NCBI GenBank assembly: GCA_964187785.1
Contig: OZ076412.1
Coordinates: 7,316,001 to 7,380,000 of the forward strand
Origin: Amphiscolops sp. MND2022
Lineage: Eukaryota
Direction: 5' to 3'
DNA length: 64,000 bases
Below, piece by piece: positions 23,385 to 36,566 of the stretch. How positions within the stretch are numbered: the stretch's first letter is position 1; each line of letters begins with the position of its first letter. Both the position numbers and the translations under genes were made by a program. The notes under the pieces were generated by a model. The model saw only the letters and a program-made list of their open reading frames with translations. It was not told the DNA's origin and did not search any database.

Positions 23385-26300
23385 TCAAGAGTCAGAAGAG
23401 ATAGTTGACTCCAGCAGGGTAGGATTTGGGACTGAATTGTCAAGTACTAGCTTTCTGAGCTTTACTACAGGGCGTATTAGGTATCCTGTGGCCGTTTTTA
23501 CTTTGAAAACTCTATTAACTTCATCATTTCCGTCGTATGACTCTATGATTCTTCCAAGTTTCCAAACTAAAGGTGGTTGATTGTCTTCTGCGACAACTAC
23601 CATGTCTCCAACAATCATTCTTTGGCCGTCTTTGAACCACTTTTTACGAATTTGGAGATGCACCAGATAGTCTCTCTGCCAAGACTTCCAATATGATCTA
23701 ATTAGATTCGTGACGAGTCTGTATCATTCTGTCTGTTAGATTCAGTGCTTTCTCATTTTTGTATGTTGGAAGAGTCTTCAGGGGCTCTCCAATGAAAAAG
23801 TGTGCCGGCGTTAAAGGCAATAAATCGTTTGGGTCAGTAGAAAGTGGAGTGAGCGGTCTTGAATTGAGAATTGCTTCGATTTCTGTAACATAAGTTGAGA
23901 GTTCTTCTTGCGAGAGAATTTGATTTCCAACTGTTCTCCTGAGATGATGTTTCATTCGCTTAATAGCAGATTCCCATAGTCCACCAAAATGTGGAGTACG
24001 AGGAGGAATCATAACCCATTCCAAACCAGTGTCTTTACTAAAGTCAGTAATTGAATTTGCATGCTCGTCTTGCATATTCGTCTTCAATAGATCTTGAATC
24101 TTTAAGATATCATTGCGAGCACCAATGAATTTTGTGGCATTGTGTGAGTAAATGCGCCTTGGGACTCCTCTCCGTGAGACGAACCGCCTCAGGGCTGCCA
24201 GACAAGCTTCTTTAGACAGAGATCCGACTATTTCTAAGTGAACTGCCTTGACTGAGAAACATAAGAAAACAGCGATGTATGCCTTGTTATCTGGAATAGT
24301 GATAATTGATCCAGCAAAGTTCAGTCCTGTATAGCTGAATGGCCTTGAAGGGGTGACCCTTTCTGTTGGAAGGTCTGCCATGACTTGATACGGCGGTTTG
24401 AGATTGAATTTTTGACATTTTACACAAAATTTTATTACTGCATTTACTTGATGTTTTCCCGATGTGCACCAAAATTCTTGCCTCATTAAGTTGAGTGTTA
24501 TTTGGCGTCCACCATGAAGGGAACCTTCATGAAAATGACGAAAAACGAGCAGGGTAAAATGTCTCGAGGGTGGAAGCAGAACGGGAAACTTCTTGTTTTC
24601 CGAATAATAGGATTGAGCAAGTCGGCCACCAACTCTTATGACTTTAAATTCTTCATCAAAGAATGGATTAGGATTCAGCAGGTTACTTTTGCAATTAATG
24701 AGACGCCTTTGGGAAAGAGCAGTGAACTCGTTGATGAAGTAAATTTTTTGCAGTTGAGAGACGATTAGAAATTTTGCTGTTTGTATTTCAGCAAATGAAT
24801 AAGAACCTTTCGATATTCTTATGTCTGAGTGAAGAGCTTTGAGGAATATTTGCTTGATGCGAAGAATGAAGCACACAGTGTTCAGAAGGCGTCGAAGTGA
24901 CGAAAACCGAGAAATGTCGATTAACGGAATGGAATCTAATGAAAAATTAGTTCCAGTTAAAGAACTTACAGCCTCTGTATTTGAAACAACTTCTTTTGTG
25001 GTTCGTGCTTCAGGGGGTGCTGCAGTGTCCAGGGGAAGCTTGGGCCATTCTGAATGCTGCTTTCTTAACCACGGAGGACCATACCACCACAGAGCGGATT
25101 TTCTGAGATCGACTGGAGACATGCCTCTGGATGGAAGATCGGCTGGTTTGGAAGTGGTTGGGACATGGTTCCATTTGTCTGGAGAAATGGTGTCTTCTAT
25201 GATAGCTACACGGTTTGTAACAAAAGTGGTCCACTTTTGGGGAAGCTTAGCAATCCACTGGAGTACAATAGTAGAGTCCGACCAAGCGAAAACTTCATAG
25301 TTTTGAAATTTCGTGAGATGAAGCAATTCTTCAATAATCTTGATTAACTTGCAGCCAAGGTGGGCAGCACATAATTCCAGTCTGGGGAGCGAGATCTGCT
25401 TGACAGGGGCAACACGACTTTTCGAAGCTAGAAGGCGAGTGGTTACAACCCCATTTTCGTCAAAAAATCTAGAATAGACAGCTGCGGCATATGCTGATTC
25501 AGATGCATCCGTAAAAAGGTGAAGTTGGAAACTTTGGTTTTTTCCAGGGGACAAAAGACATCTAGGAAGAGCAAGTTCGTTGAGGCTTGGTAGCTGTTCA
25601 CGCAATGTCATCCATTGATCCTGGATGTGCGGTGGAAGAGGTTCATCCCATTGAATTCCAGTCGTCCAAAATTCCTGCATTAGCACCTTGTACCTGGTAA
25701 TGATTGGAGCGAGCCAACCCAGTGGATCAAAGCGCTTGGACAAATTGGATAAAAATGTCCGCTTTGTAAAGGCTGTCAATTCAAGAAGAAGGACTTCGAA
25801 GGTGAAAACATCCAAATTTGGCTTCCATTTGACACCGAGTGTTTTTATTTGATAATCATTATCTAAAATTTTGTCTTTTTCAGCAGTTTCGCGGAGATGT
25901 GTTGGCAGATCCAAAGTGATTTCTGGATCACTTGATGTCCACTTTCGTAATTCAAACCCATGTTTCCGCAGTTCTTCGGACACACCGAGCAGTAGAACCT
26001 TGGCTTCAGCAGTGGAAGAAGCACCACTTAAGAAATCATCAACGTAGAAATCGTTTTGAATGGACGACACAAAAAGTGTCTCCCCACATAGGTCGGCAAC
26101 TTGTTTGAGGCATCTGGTGGCGTGGAAGGCTGAGGAGGCTATTCCGTACGTGACACGGGTCATACGAAGTGCTGTAAAGGTTCGGTCGGATTATCTCGCC
26201 ATAAGATACGATGAAAATCACGATAGTTTGTATCTAGACCAACTTGTCTATACATTTTGGCCACATCTCCACTGATAGCGACTCTGTGGAATCGGAATCG

Positions 26301-28574
26301 CATTAATGTTGAGAATAAATCCGGCTGTGTAGTACTGCCAACCATCAGGGATTCATTCAATGAAGTTCCACTTTGAGACTTTGCGGATCCGTCAAACACA
26401 ACGCGTAGTTTCGTGGTTGTCGAATCTTCCTTAACTACGCTGTGATGAGGCAGATAGAAGACTAGCTCATATGGTTTTTCAAGGTCAGCAGTAGGAACAA
26501 GCTCCAAATGACCGAGATCACGGAATTCTTGGATAAATTCTTTGTATTTTGTCTTGGTATTTGGCATTGATTGCAATCGTTTTTCTAGTGGGAAAAATCG
26601 TCTTTGAGCTTGCTGAAGACTTTCGCCTAGTTTTGGAGCTTCTTTCTTAAATAGCAGTTTTACAATGAATCGGCCATTGTCGTCTTGAATAGTAGTAGCG
26701 CGGAAATGCTCTTCGCATGCTATTTCTTCTTTCGTGAGTTTTGATTGTGTCGGAATTTGTTCTAGTTCCCAAAAATTTTTCAAGTTGAATTCCGAAGTGA
26801 CATGATAGGATTGCGTGGGATGATTGGTTCTGGAAGAAGATTGTCCTGATGCTACCCAACCAAACTCAGTTTTACGAAAGTATAGGCCATTGCTAGTTTT
26901 GATTTTTTCATCCAATACAACATCTTCGAAAATATCTGCTCCTAAGATCAGATCAATCTCACGTGGATATAAGTAGTCTGTGCCAGCCAAAGGACTTACT
27001 TCAGGTGGTACAACTATTCGTTCTGGATTTTGCACAAAGTGCATGGTTGAAGCTAACCTTGGCAAGATGAATGCTCTAACATTGAAGATTTTGTTGGAAT
27101 CAATAGTTGACTTGATTTGAAATTGAGTTGAGGCACTTGGAGTTCTTTGTTTTCTATCTCCAATTCCAGTCAGATAGAGCATTTGCTTTTTCCTCTTCAA
27201 GTTGAGTAATTGAGCGCAACTTTCAGTGATAAAGGAGCTTTGAGAACCACTATCCAAGAGGGCTCTGCATGAGATGATAGAGTTGTCCGATGAAATGACG
27301 TTGACCATAGCGGCAGGAAGAAGTGTACAAAAACTGTCTCCCCACTTCGTGGAGAGGTTACTTTGAACCTTTTCGCTTGCTTTTTGAATGGACTCATCAT
27401 GGAGCATGGTATGATGCTTTTTCTGACATTTCTGGCAAGTATTTTTGGACTTGCAATCTTTCGTTTGATGACCAAGACGTAAGCAATTGAAGCAAACTTT
27501 CAAAATTTTGACTTAATCTCGTTTTTCTGTGATGGATATCTGTTTGAAATGATCACACATGAAGAGTTTGTGAGATGCCTTGCATTGAGAACAGCTTTGA
27601 AGGTCACTGTGGTAATTTTGGGCCGGTTTTTCTTGCGAAGTTTTGTCTTGATTTGAATTTCTTGTGCCCTTACCAGTCGCTTCAAGGGCATTTGCTCGTG
27701 TCTCCAAAAATTATTGGAATTGATTCATTGTCTGGATTTCATCTCCAGTTGAATTAAGTTCCCATTGACGTCGTGTAAGGTAGTCTAATTTCTGAGACAG
27801 AACTCTGACTAAGAAACAGCTGAGTTGCTCTTCTTGCTTTACAAGTTCGTTTAAAGCCATTGTGTTTTCCACAAAATAATTGACTAGGCTGCGAATGCCT
27901 TCTGCAGACTCTTGATTCAAGGGTTTGAAATTGAGAATAGCATCGATGTGAGCTCGTGAAATCAGGCGTTTGTTTTCATATCTTTTCTTCAGGAGTTTTA
28001 CTGCGACTTTGTAGTTTGCACTTGTGATTGGTAAGTGGGACAAAAGTTTTGCTGGCTCACCTTTTAAACTTGATTTGAGATAGTGGAGTTTCTGAATCTC
28101 TGGCAATCCATCGTTCGAGTCAACTGATCCATTGAAAAGGTCAAAGAAGGGTGTCCAATTCTGATAATTGCCATCGAACTTTGGTAGATCTAGTTTGGGT
28201 AATTTCAAGTGTGATGAAACTCCAACTGAACGATTGGATTCACTCCCTTCGTTTTGTGTTTGGTTGAAGCTATCGATGATGTGTTCCAATTGCCTCTTCA
28301 ATTTCCTGAATTCAAAGTCTTTTTTATCAATTAGCTCTAATTCAGCTTCCGTTTCATTTTCATCGGCCTGTTGGATGATTTCATCGTTGAGAGTGTTAAT
28401 GAGACTTGTTTTTTCGGTGATGCTTTCAAGTACTGCTTTAACTGTAGTGAGATGGTCAACTGTGACATCGCTTGTTGATAATTCCAAAATTGGAGTAACT
28501 TGCTTTGAACTTCTTGTGATGGATGCGAATTGATAGCCACGCTTCTTTTTAAGGTCGGCTAAATTCTGTGACAT
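23385..28574 (-). pseudogene. Complete-length Bel/Pao gag-pol (gag, zinc knuckles, protease, RT, RNase H, integrase) with stops and frameshifts
   Basis: ORFs 27711-28574, 27513-27707 and 26160-27503 share one frame with in-frame stops. Frameshifts lead into 23698-26163 and 23385-23663. Confidence 0.93.
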
Positions 28575-28592
28575 TTTTGAATTCTGATAATT

Positions 28593-28611
28593 CTCGGGTC
28601 TCGCGGCACCA
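28593..28611 (-). other. Primer binding site (tRNA-Phe-like)
   Basis: TGGTGCCGCGAGACCCGAG, 5 nt after the LTR end (28617); variant TGTTGCCGCGAAACCCGAG at 30496-30478. Confidence 0.6.
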
Positions 28612-28628
28612 ATAAATGTTGAGTTTTG

Positions 28629-30459
28629 ATTGTGTCGGAATTTGTTTTAGTTTCCAAAAATTTTTCAAGTTGAATTCCGAAGTGACATGATAGGATTGTG
28701 TGGGATGATTGGTTCTGGAAGAAGTTTGTCCTGATGCTACCCAACCAAACTCAGTTTTACGAAAGTATAGGCCATTGCTAGTTTTGATTTTTTCATCCAA
28801 TACAACATCTTCGAAAATATCTGCTCCTAAGATCAGATCAATCTCACGTGGATTTAAGTAGTCTGTGTCAGCCAAGGGACTTATTTCAGGTGGTACAACT
28901 ATTCGTTCTGGATTTTGCACTGAGGGCATGGTTGAAGCTAACCTTGGCAAGATGAATGCTCTAACATTGAAGATTTTGTTGGAATCAATAGTTGACTTGA
29001 TTTGAAATTGAGTTAAGGCACTTGGAGTTCTTTGTTTTTTATCTCCAATTCCAGTCAGATGGAGCATTTGCTTTTTCCTCTTCAAGTTGAGTAATTGAGC
29101 GCAACTTTCAGTGATAAAGGAACTTTGAGAACCACTATCCAAGAGGGCTCTGCATGAGATGATAGAGTTGTCCGATGAAATGACGTTGACCATAGCGGTA
29201 GGAAGAAGTGTACAAAAACTGTCTCCCCACTTCGTGGAGAAGTTACTTTGAACTTTTTCGCTTGCTTTCTGAATGGACTCATCATGGAGCATGGTATGAT
29301 GCTTTTTCTGACATTTCTGGCAAGTATTTTTGGACTTGCAATCTTTCGTTTGGTGACCAAGACGTAAGCAATTGAAGCAAACTTTCAAAATTTTGACGTA
29401 ATCTCGTTTTTCTGTGATGGATAGCTGTTTGAAATGATCACACATGAAGAGTTTGTGAGATGCCTTGCATTGAGGACAGCTTTGAAGGCCACTGTGGTAA
29501 TTTTGGACCGGTTTTTCTTGCGAAGTTTTGTCTTGATTTGAATTTCTTGTGGACTTACCAGTCGCTTCAAGGGCATTTGCTCGTGTCTCCAAAAATGTTT
29601 TGAATTGATTCAGTGTCTGGATTTCATCTCCAGTTGAATTAAGTTCCCATTGACGTCGTGTAAGGTAGTCTAATTTCTGAGACAGAACTCTGACTAAGAA
29701 ACAGCTGAGTTGCTCTTCTTCCTTTACAAGTTCGTTTAAACCATTGTGTTTTCCACAAAACAATTGACTAGGCTGCAAATGCCTTCTGCAGACTCTTGAT
29801 TCAAGTGTTTGAAATTGAGAATAGCATCGATGTGAGCTCGTGAAATCAGGCGTTTGTTTTCATATCTTTTCTTCAGGAGTTTTACTGCGACTTTGTAGTT
29901 TGCACTTGTGATTGGTAAGTGGGACAAAAGTTTTGCTGGCTCACCTTTTAAACTTGATTTGAGATAGTGGAGTTTCTGAATCTCTGGCAATCCATCGTTC
30001 GAGTCAACTGATCCATTGAAAAGGTCAAAGAAGGGTGTCCAATTCTGATAATTGCCATCGAACTTTGGTAGATCTAGTTTGGGTAATTTCTAAGTGTGAT
30101 GAAACTCCAACTGAATGATTGGATTCACTCCCTTCGTTTTGTGTTTGGTTGAAGCTATCGATGATGTGTTCCAATTGCTTCTTCAATTTCCTGAATTCAA
30201 AGTCTTTTTTATCAATTAGCTCTAATTCAGCTTCAGTTTCATTTTCATTGGCCTGTTGGATGATTTCATCGTTGAGAGTGTTAATGAGACTTGTTTTTTT
30301 GGTGATGCTTTCAAGTACTGCTTTAACTGTAGTGAGATGGTCAACTGTGACATCGCTTGTTGATAATTCCAAAATTGGAGTAACTTGCTTTGAACTTCTT
30401 GTGATGGATGCGAATTGATAGCCACGCTTCTTTTTAAGGTCGGCTAAATTCTGTGACAT
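28629..30459 (-). pseudogene. Duplicated gag-protease segment (1885-bp tandem duplication)
   Basis: ORFs 30025-30459, 29736-29990 and 28549-29778 repeat 26735-28620. Confidence 0.92.
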
Positions 30460-30501
30460 TTTTGAATTCTGATAATTCTCGGGTTTCGCGGCAACAATAA
30501 A

Positions 30502-30722
30502 TGTTGAGTTTTGTTTTAGTTTGTGTAAAAAGGCTTTACAAAACTATACTTGAATTGATTGTTTGATAACCAACTGTTTTTAGAAAGCGGTATAACAACA
30601 ATTAGCCGCCAAAGTTAAAGTAGTGAAGAAAGTTTGAACAAAATGTGACCAAGTCGACAAAGATAAAAAGTCACAGAAATGAACTGAATTGATATCATAT
30701 ATGAATGTTTAGATTCTTTCCA
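30502..30722 (-). repeat. Uninterrupted Bel/Pao LTR (~220 bp) shared by two head-to-tail elements
   Basis: PBS and gag on one side, putative PPT and JmjC on the other; TG...CA termini on the - strand. The right boundary could instead be 30675. Confidence 0.8.
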
Positions 30723-30755
30723 TTACTCCTCTCCTGACTTTTTTCAGAATTGATA

Positions 30756-31610
30756 ATGTCTCTGCGGAAAGCACACAAGTCACCGCTAGCAAGTTTGGAG
30801 GAGCTGAGAGAGGTTCTGTGCGGCTTCCCGCAAATCAAAGCTCTGACAATCGAAGAGGTGCGACTTAGTCGTTCAGAACCAGCAATTGTGAAGGACTTTG
30901 CCATTAAAGTCGAGGGGCCCTCCAAAGATGCACTGCTGGCGACGAAGACACTTGATGACCTGACTGATGAGTTCTTTAGGAAGAATACGAGTCCAAGACA
31001 GTCTACTCTCGATCTGCTGGTAGATGTTATGGAGGACTTCTTTATCAGTCAGGGTCAGGTGACATGCGATTGGCCCGATGCACTGAGTCCCCTTAACTTC
31101 GGGTAATTCATTGGCACATGATTGTTTTGAATATTGATGCTTGAAAGATTCTAGTAGCGTTGAATGTAATTTTCCATTTACAGTTAATTGCTGTTCACTG
31201 GGGGAACCAGCTTTCGACCGTGGCACTTCGATTTGGAAGCATCAGAGACTGCTGGCGACATGCTCGCGACCCTTCTTTCAGGCAAGAAGATCTGGATGTT
31301 CTGCAAGATGGGTCAGTTGTCAGCATCTCTAAGGAAGGTCTGCGGGAGCCTTGAGTCGAAGACTGCCATTGCTAATACGGTCACATTTTTGAGGGCCTTG
31401 TCAAGAACGCAACGTCAGAAGATTTTGTGGTGTGAGTTTGGGGCTGGCGAGACAGTCTACATGCCATATGGGTGTGGCCATTCTGTTGCAACCTTTTGTG
31501 AAGGAATGCCGTCCTTTATGGTGACTGTTGATGTCAGAGCAGATCTAGATCGTGCAACAGCGATCAACAACAGTGCCCACAATCTGACTGACGTAGGTCT
31601 TAGACGATGA
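30756..31610 (+). pseudogene. Second full-length JmjC cargo gene with a premature stop
   Basis: Same exon structure (intron 31103-31183), but the TAT codon of the intact copy is TAA at 31185-31187. Confidence 0.85.
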
Positions 31611-32171
31611 CAAGAATAAGTGAGTAATTTTTTTAAATAAAAATTAGCTACTATTGCATACTGCATTGTGGTCAAGTGTAAGGTCAGGGTAGATGCGTAA
31701 ATATCAGTAGAGGCGCATCAACTTCATTTGGTAAGTGTAGCATTGAAATTGACTTTGGGGATACATTTATATCCAGTAAGCAACAGAAATATCGAACTCG
31801 AAATGATTAAGTGAAGTAAAATTCCTGTCTATGTAAACATTCTAGGATGCTTAGATTAAAATGACGTTTTCAGTAAATACTGAGGCAGGTTAATGGGCTT
31901 TTTAAAGAATGATAACTGTCACTTGTACTGCGGGGAGGCACTTTTTATTGATGAATTAAAGTGCCAGATGACAAGTAGAGGTACAATATCGATTCCATTT
32001 TTAAAGATACACTTCAGAGTGGGTGTTAACAACATATAGCATCTTCAGTGAATGAATCAAAGCGGAGCAGCATTATAGTAGGGTTTATAGCAATAACATA
32101 TGTGTCGGGGAGACACTTTTTAGCATCAAAATTATATACAAACGAAGAAAATTATGAATTATTGAATAATT

Positions 32172-35100
32172 TCAAGAATCAGAAGAGATAATTGACTCCA
32201 GCAGGGTAGGATTTGGGACTGAATTGTCAAGTACTAGCTTTCTGAGCTTTACTACAGGGCGTATTAGGTATCCTGTGGCCGCTTTTACTTTGAAAACTCT
32301 ATTAACTTCATCACTTTCGTCGTATGACTCTATGATTCTTCCAAGTTTCCAAACTAAAGGTGGTTGATTGTCTTCTGCGACAACTACCATGTCTCCAACA
32401 ATCATTCTTTGGCCGTCTTTGAACCACTTTTTACGAATTTGGAGATGCACCAGATAGTCTCTCTGCCAAGACTTCCAAAATGATCTAGTTAGATTCTTGA
32501 CGAGTCTGTATCTTTCTGTTAGATTCAGTGCTTTCTCATTTTTGTATGTTGGAAGAGTCTTCAGGGGCTCTCCAATGAGAAAGTGTGCCGGCGTTAGAGG
32601 CTCTAAATCGTTTGGGTCAGTAGAAAGTTGAGTGAGCGGTCTTGAATTGAGAGTTGCTTCGATTTCTGTAACATAAGTTGAGAGTTCTTCTTGCGAGAGA
32701 ATTTGATTTCCAACTGTTCTCCTGAGATGATGTTTCATTCGCTTAATAGCAGATTCCCATAGTCCACCAAAATGTGGAGTACGAGGAGGAATCATAACCC
32801 ATTCCAAACCAGTGTCTTTACTAAAGTCAGTAATTGAATTTGCATGCTCGTCTTGCATATTCGTCTTCAATAGATCTTGAATCTTCAAGATATCATTGCG
32901 AGCACCACTGAAGTTTGTGGCATTGTCTGAGTGAATGCGCCTTGGGACTCCTCTCCGTGAGACAAACTGCTTCAGGGCTGCCAGACAAGCTTCTTTAGAC
33001 AGAGATCCGACTATTTCTAAGTGAACTGCCTTGACTGAGAAACATACGAAAACAGCGATGTATGTCTTGTTATCTGGAATAGTGATAATTGGTCCAGCAA
33101 AGTCCAGTCCTGTATAGCTGAATGGCCTTGAAGGGGTGACCCTTTCTGTTGGAAGGTCTGCCATGACTTGATACGGCGGTTTGAGATTGAATTTTTGACA
33201 TTTTACACAAAATTTTATTACTGCATTTACTTGATGTTTTCCCCATGTGCACCAATATTCTTGCCGCATTAAGTTGAGTGTTATTTGGCCCCCACCATGA
33301 AGGGAACCTTCATGAAAATGACGAATTACGAGCAGGGTAAAATGTCCCGAGGGTGGAAGCAGAACGGGAAACTTCTTGTTTCCCGAATAATAGGATTGAG
33401 CAAGTCGGCCACCAACTCTTATGACTTTAAATTTTTCATCAAAGAATGGATTAAGATTCAGCAGGTTACTTTTGCAATTAATGGGACGCCTTTGGGAAAG
33501 AGCAGTGAACTCGTTGATGAAGTAAATTTTTTGCAGTTGAGAGACGATTAGAAATTTTGCTGTTTGTGTTTCAGCAAATGAATAAGAACCTTTCGATATT
33601 CTTATGTCTGAGTGAAGAGCTTTGAGGAATATTTGCTTGATGCGAAGAATGAAGCACACAGTGTTCAAAAGGCGTCGAAGTGACGAAAACCGAGAATTGT
33701 CGATTAACGGAATGGAATCTAATGAAAAATTAGTTCCAGTTAAAAAACATACAGCCTCTGTATTTGAAACAACTTCTTTTGTGGTTCGTGCTTCAGGGGG
33801 TGCTGCAGTGTCCAGGGGAAGCTTGGGCCATACTGAATGCTGCTTTGTTAACCACGGAGGACCATACCACCACAGAGCGGATTTTTTGAGATCGACTGGA
33901 GACATGCCTATGGATGGAAGATCGGCTGGATTGGAAGTGGTTGGGACATGGTTCCATTTGTCTGGAGAAATGGTGTCTTGTATGATAGCTACACGGTTTG
34001 CAACAAAAGTGGTCCACTTTCGGGGAAGCTTAGCAATCCACTGGAGTACAATAGTAGAGTCCGACCAGGCGAAAACTTCATAGTTTTGAAATTTCGTGAG
34101 ATGAAGCAATTCTTCAATAATCTTGATTAACTTGCAGCCAAGGTGGGCAGCACATAATTCCAGTCTAACTTGCAGCCAAGGTGGGCAGCACATAATTCCA
34201 GTCTGGGGAGCGAGATCTGCTTGACAGGGGCAACACGACTTTTCGAAGCTAGAAGGCGAGTGGTTACAACCCCATTTTCGTCAACAAATCTAGAATAGAC
34301 AGCTGCGGCATATGCTGATTCAGATGCATCCGTAAAAAGGTGAAGTTGGAAACTTTGGTTTTTTCCAGGGGACAAAAGACATCTAGGAAGAGCAAGTTCG
34401 TTGAGGCTTGGTAGCTGTTCACGCAATGTCATCCATTGATTCTGGATGTGCGGTGGAAGTGGTTCATCCCATTGAATTCCAGTCGTCCAAATTTCCTGCA
34501 TTAGCACCTTGTACCTGGTAATGATTGGAGCGAGCCAACCCAGTGGATCAAAGAGCTTGGACAAATCGGATAAAAATGTCCGCTTTGTAAAGGCTGTCAA
34601 TTAAAGAAGAAGGACTTCGAAGGTGAAAACATCCAAATTTGGCTTCCATTTGACACCGAGTGTTTTTATTTGATAATCATTATCTAAAATTTTGTCTTTT
34701 TCAGCAGTTTCGCGGAGATGTGTTGGCAGATCCAAAGTGATTTCTGGATCACTTGATGTCCACTTTCGTAATTCAAACCCATGTTTCCGCAGTTCTTCGG
34801 ACACACCGAACAGTAGAACCTTGGCTTCAGCAGTGGAAGAAGCACCACTTCAGATATCATCTACGTAGAAATCGTTTTGAATGGACGACACAAAAAGTGT
34901 CTCCCCACATAGCTCGGCAACTTGTTTGAGGCATCTGGTGGCGTGGAAGGCTGAGGAGGCTATTCCGTACGTGACACGGGTCATACGAAGGTGCTGTAAA
35001 GGTTCGGTCGGAATATCTCGCCATAAGATACGATAAAAATCACGATCGTTTGTATCTAGACCAACTTGTCTATACATTTTAGCCACTTCTCCACTGATAG

Positions 35101-35790
35101 CGACTCTGTGGAATCGGAATCGCATTATTGTTGAGAATAAATCCGGCTGTGTAGTACTGCCAACCATCAGGGATTCTTTCAATGAAGTTCCACTTTGAGA
35201 CTTTGCGGATCCGTCAAACACAACGCGTAGTTTCGTGGTTGTCGAATCTTCCTTAACTACGCTGTGATGAAGCTCTAGCTCACATGGTTTTTCAAGGTCA
35301 GCATTAGGAACAAGCTCCAAATGACCGAGATCACGGAATTCTTGGATAAATTCTTTGTATTTTGTCTTGGTATTTGGCATTGATTGCAATCGTTTTTCTA
35401 GTGAGAAAAGTTGTCTTTGAGCTTGCTGAAGACTTTCGCCTAGTTTTGGAGCTTCTTTCTTAAATGGCAATTTTACAATGAATCGGCCATTGTCGTCTTG
35501 AATAGTAGTAGCGCGGAAATGCTCTTCGCATGCTATTTCTCCTTTCGCGAGTTTTGATTGTGTCGGAATTTGTTCTAGTTTCCAAAAATGTTTCAAGTTG
35601 AATTCCGAAGTGACATGATAGGATTGCGTGGGATGATTGGTTCTGGAAGAAGTTTGTCCTGATGCTACCCAACCAAACTCAGTTTTACGAAAGTATAGGC
35701 CATTGCTAGTTTTGATTTTTTCATCCAATACAACATCTTCGAAAATATGTGCTCCTAAGATCAGATCAATCTCACGTGGATTTAAGTAGT
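32172..35790 (-). pseudogene. Bel/Pao pol (end of PR, RT, RNase H, integrase), 5'-truncated
   Basis: ORFs 34850-35728, 34601-34804, 34127-34600 and 32172-34193. A 38-bp tandem duplication at 34128-34203 shifts the frame. Confidence 0.92.
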
Positions 35791-36390
35791 ATTTTTTACA
35801 TTCATTTCTCTTATAACCTATTTGGTTCGACTACTCGTCGGTAGAAAAACTACCTTTTATTTTCTACTAACACAAACAGAGCTCCAACTACCGAACCGGT
35901 CAACATCTAGCAAAAGCTAGAGATGATTTGAAAAAATCACTGCTGGAGAGCGCATCAACATGGATGAGTAAGACTTTAGCCGAAATGGGACATAAACACG
36001 GAAACTGTGTTACTGGTCTACTGGGGTATTGGCTGGTATGGGGTTCCCTATTTTCGTTGCAGACCACGGGTGTGTGTCTTCTCCCACCAATATGATGATA
36101 CACATAGCACATGATTGATGACGAAGATCATGATATCTCTGATAGAGATAAAAAGAAAAAAATCCATGATATCTGATAGAGGAAAAATAATATATCAAAC
36201 TTTCAAGCGCGCTTCGTATTTTTTGAATATAGGACTATAATATATAAAAATTTCGAGTGGATTTCGCTGAGCTTGGCTGTATAACTAAACAACTGATAAG
36301 ACAACTTGACAACAATAAACGTAAGACTGCAAATGCAATTTCTCAATTGTCTCGGTGTATTTTACTCGATACCCTAGGCTTCGTAACGCC

Positions 36391-36566
36391 GGATTACTAA
36401 ATACCGATTTATCGCATTTTCGACGCTTTTTCCGATATATCGCAAAAACATTATAAACATATCGCATCTCATAGTTTGCGATGGCAAAATTTTACACACC
36501 GCTATCGCAAAAAGCCTGCGATATGTCGCTATCGCATGCAATATATCGCACATCGCAATTAAATCC
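36391..36566. mobile_element. Small palindromic MITE-like element with TATCGCA/TGCGATA motifs
   Basis: GGATT...AATCC ends; many TATCGCA copies in both orientations. Confidence 0.55.

Larger units (their letters stand above)
11471..35790 (-). mobile_element. Tandem, rearranged array of a Bel/Pao LTR retrotransposon carrying an antisense JmjC gene
   Basis: Repeated order (+ strand, left to right) LTR-JmjC-spacer-IN-RNaseH-RT-PR-gag-PBS-LTR. Bel/Pao motifs: LPKLDLPKFDG, three CCHC-type knuckles, ALLDSGSQ, YLPHH...[31 protein letters not shown]. Truncated at 35790. Confidence 0.95.

Noticed and set aside
16381-35672. Many recurrent 60-150-aa ORFs overlapping gag-pol in other frames or strands
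   Set aside because: They recur only because the element is duplicated and show no domain motifs.
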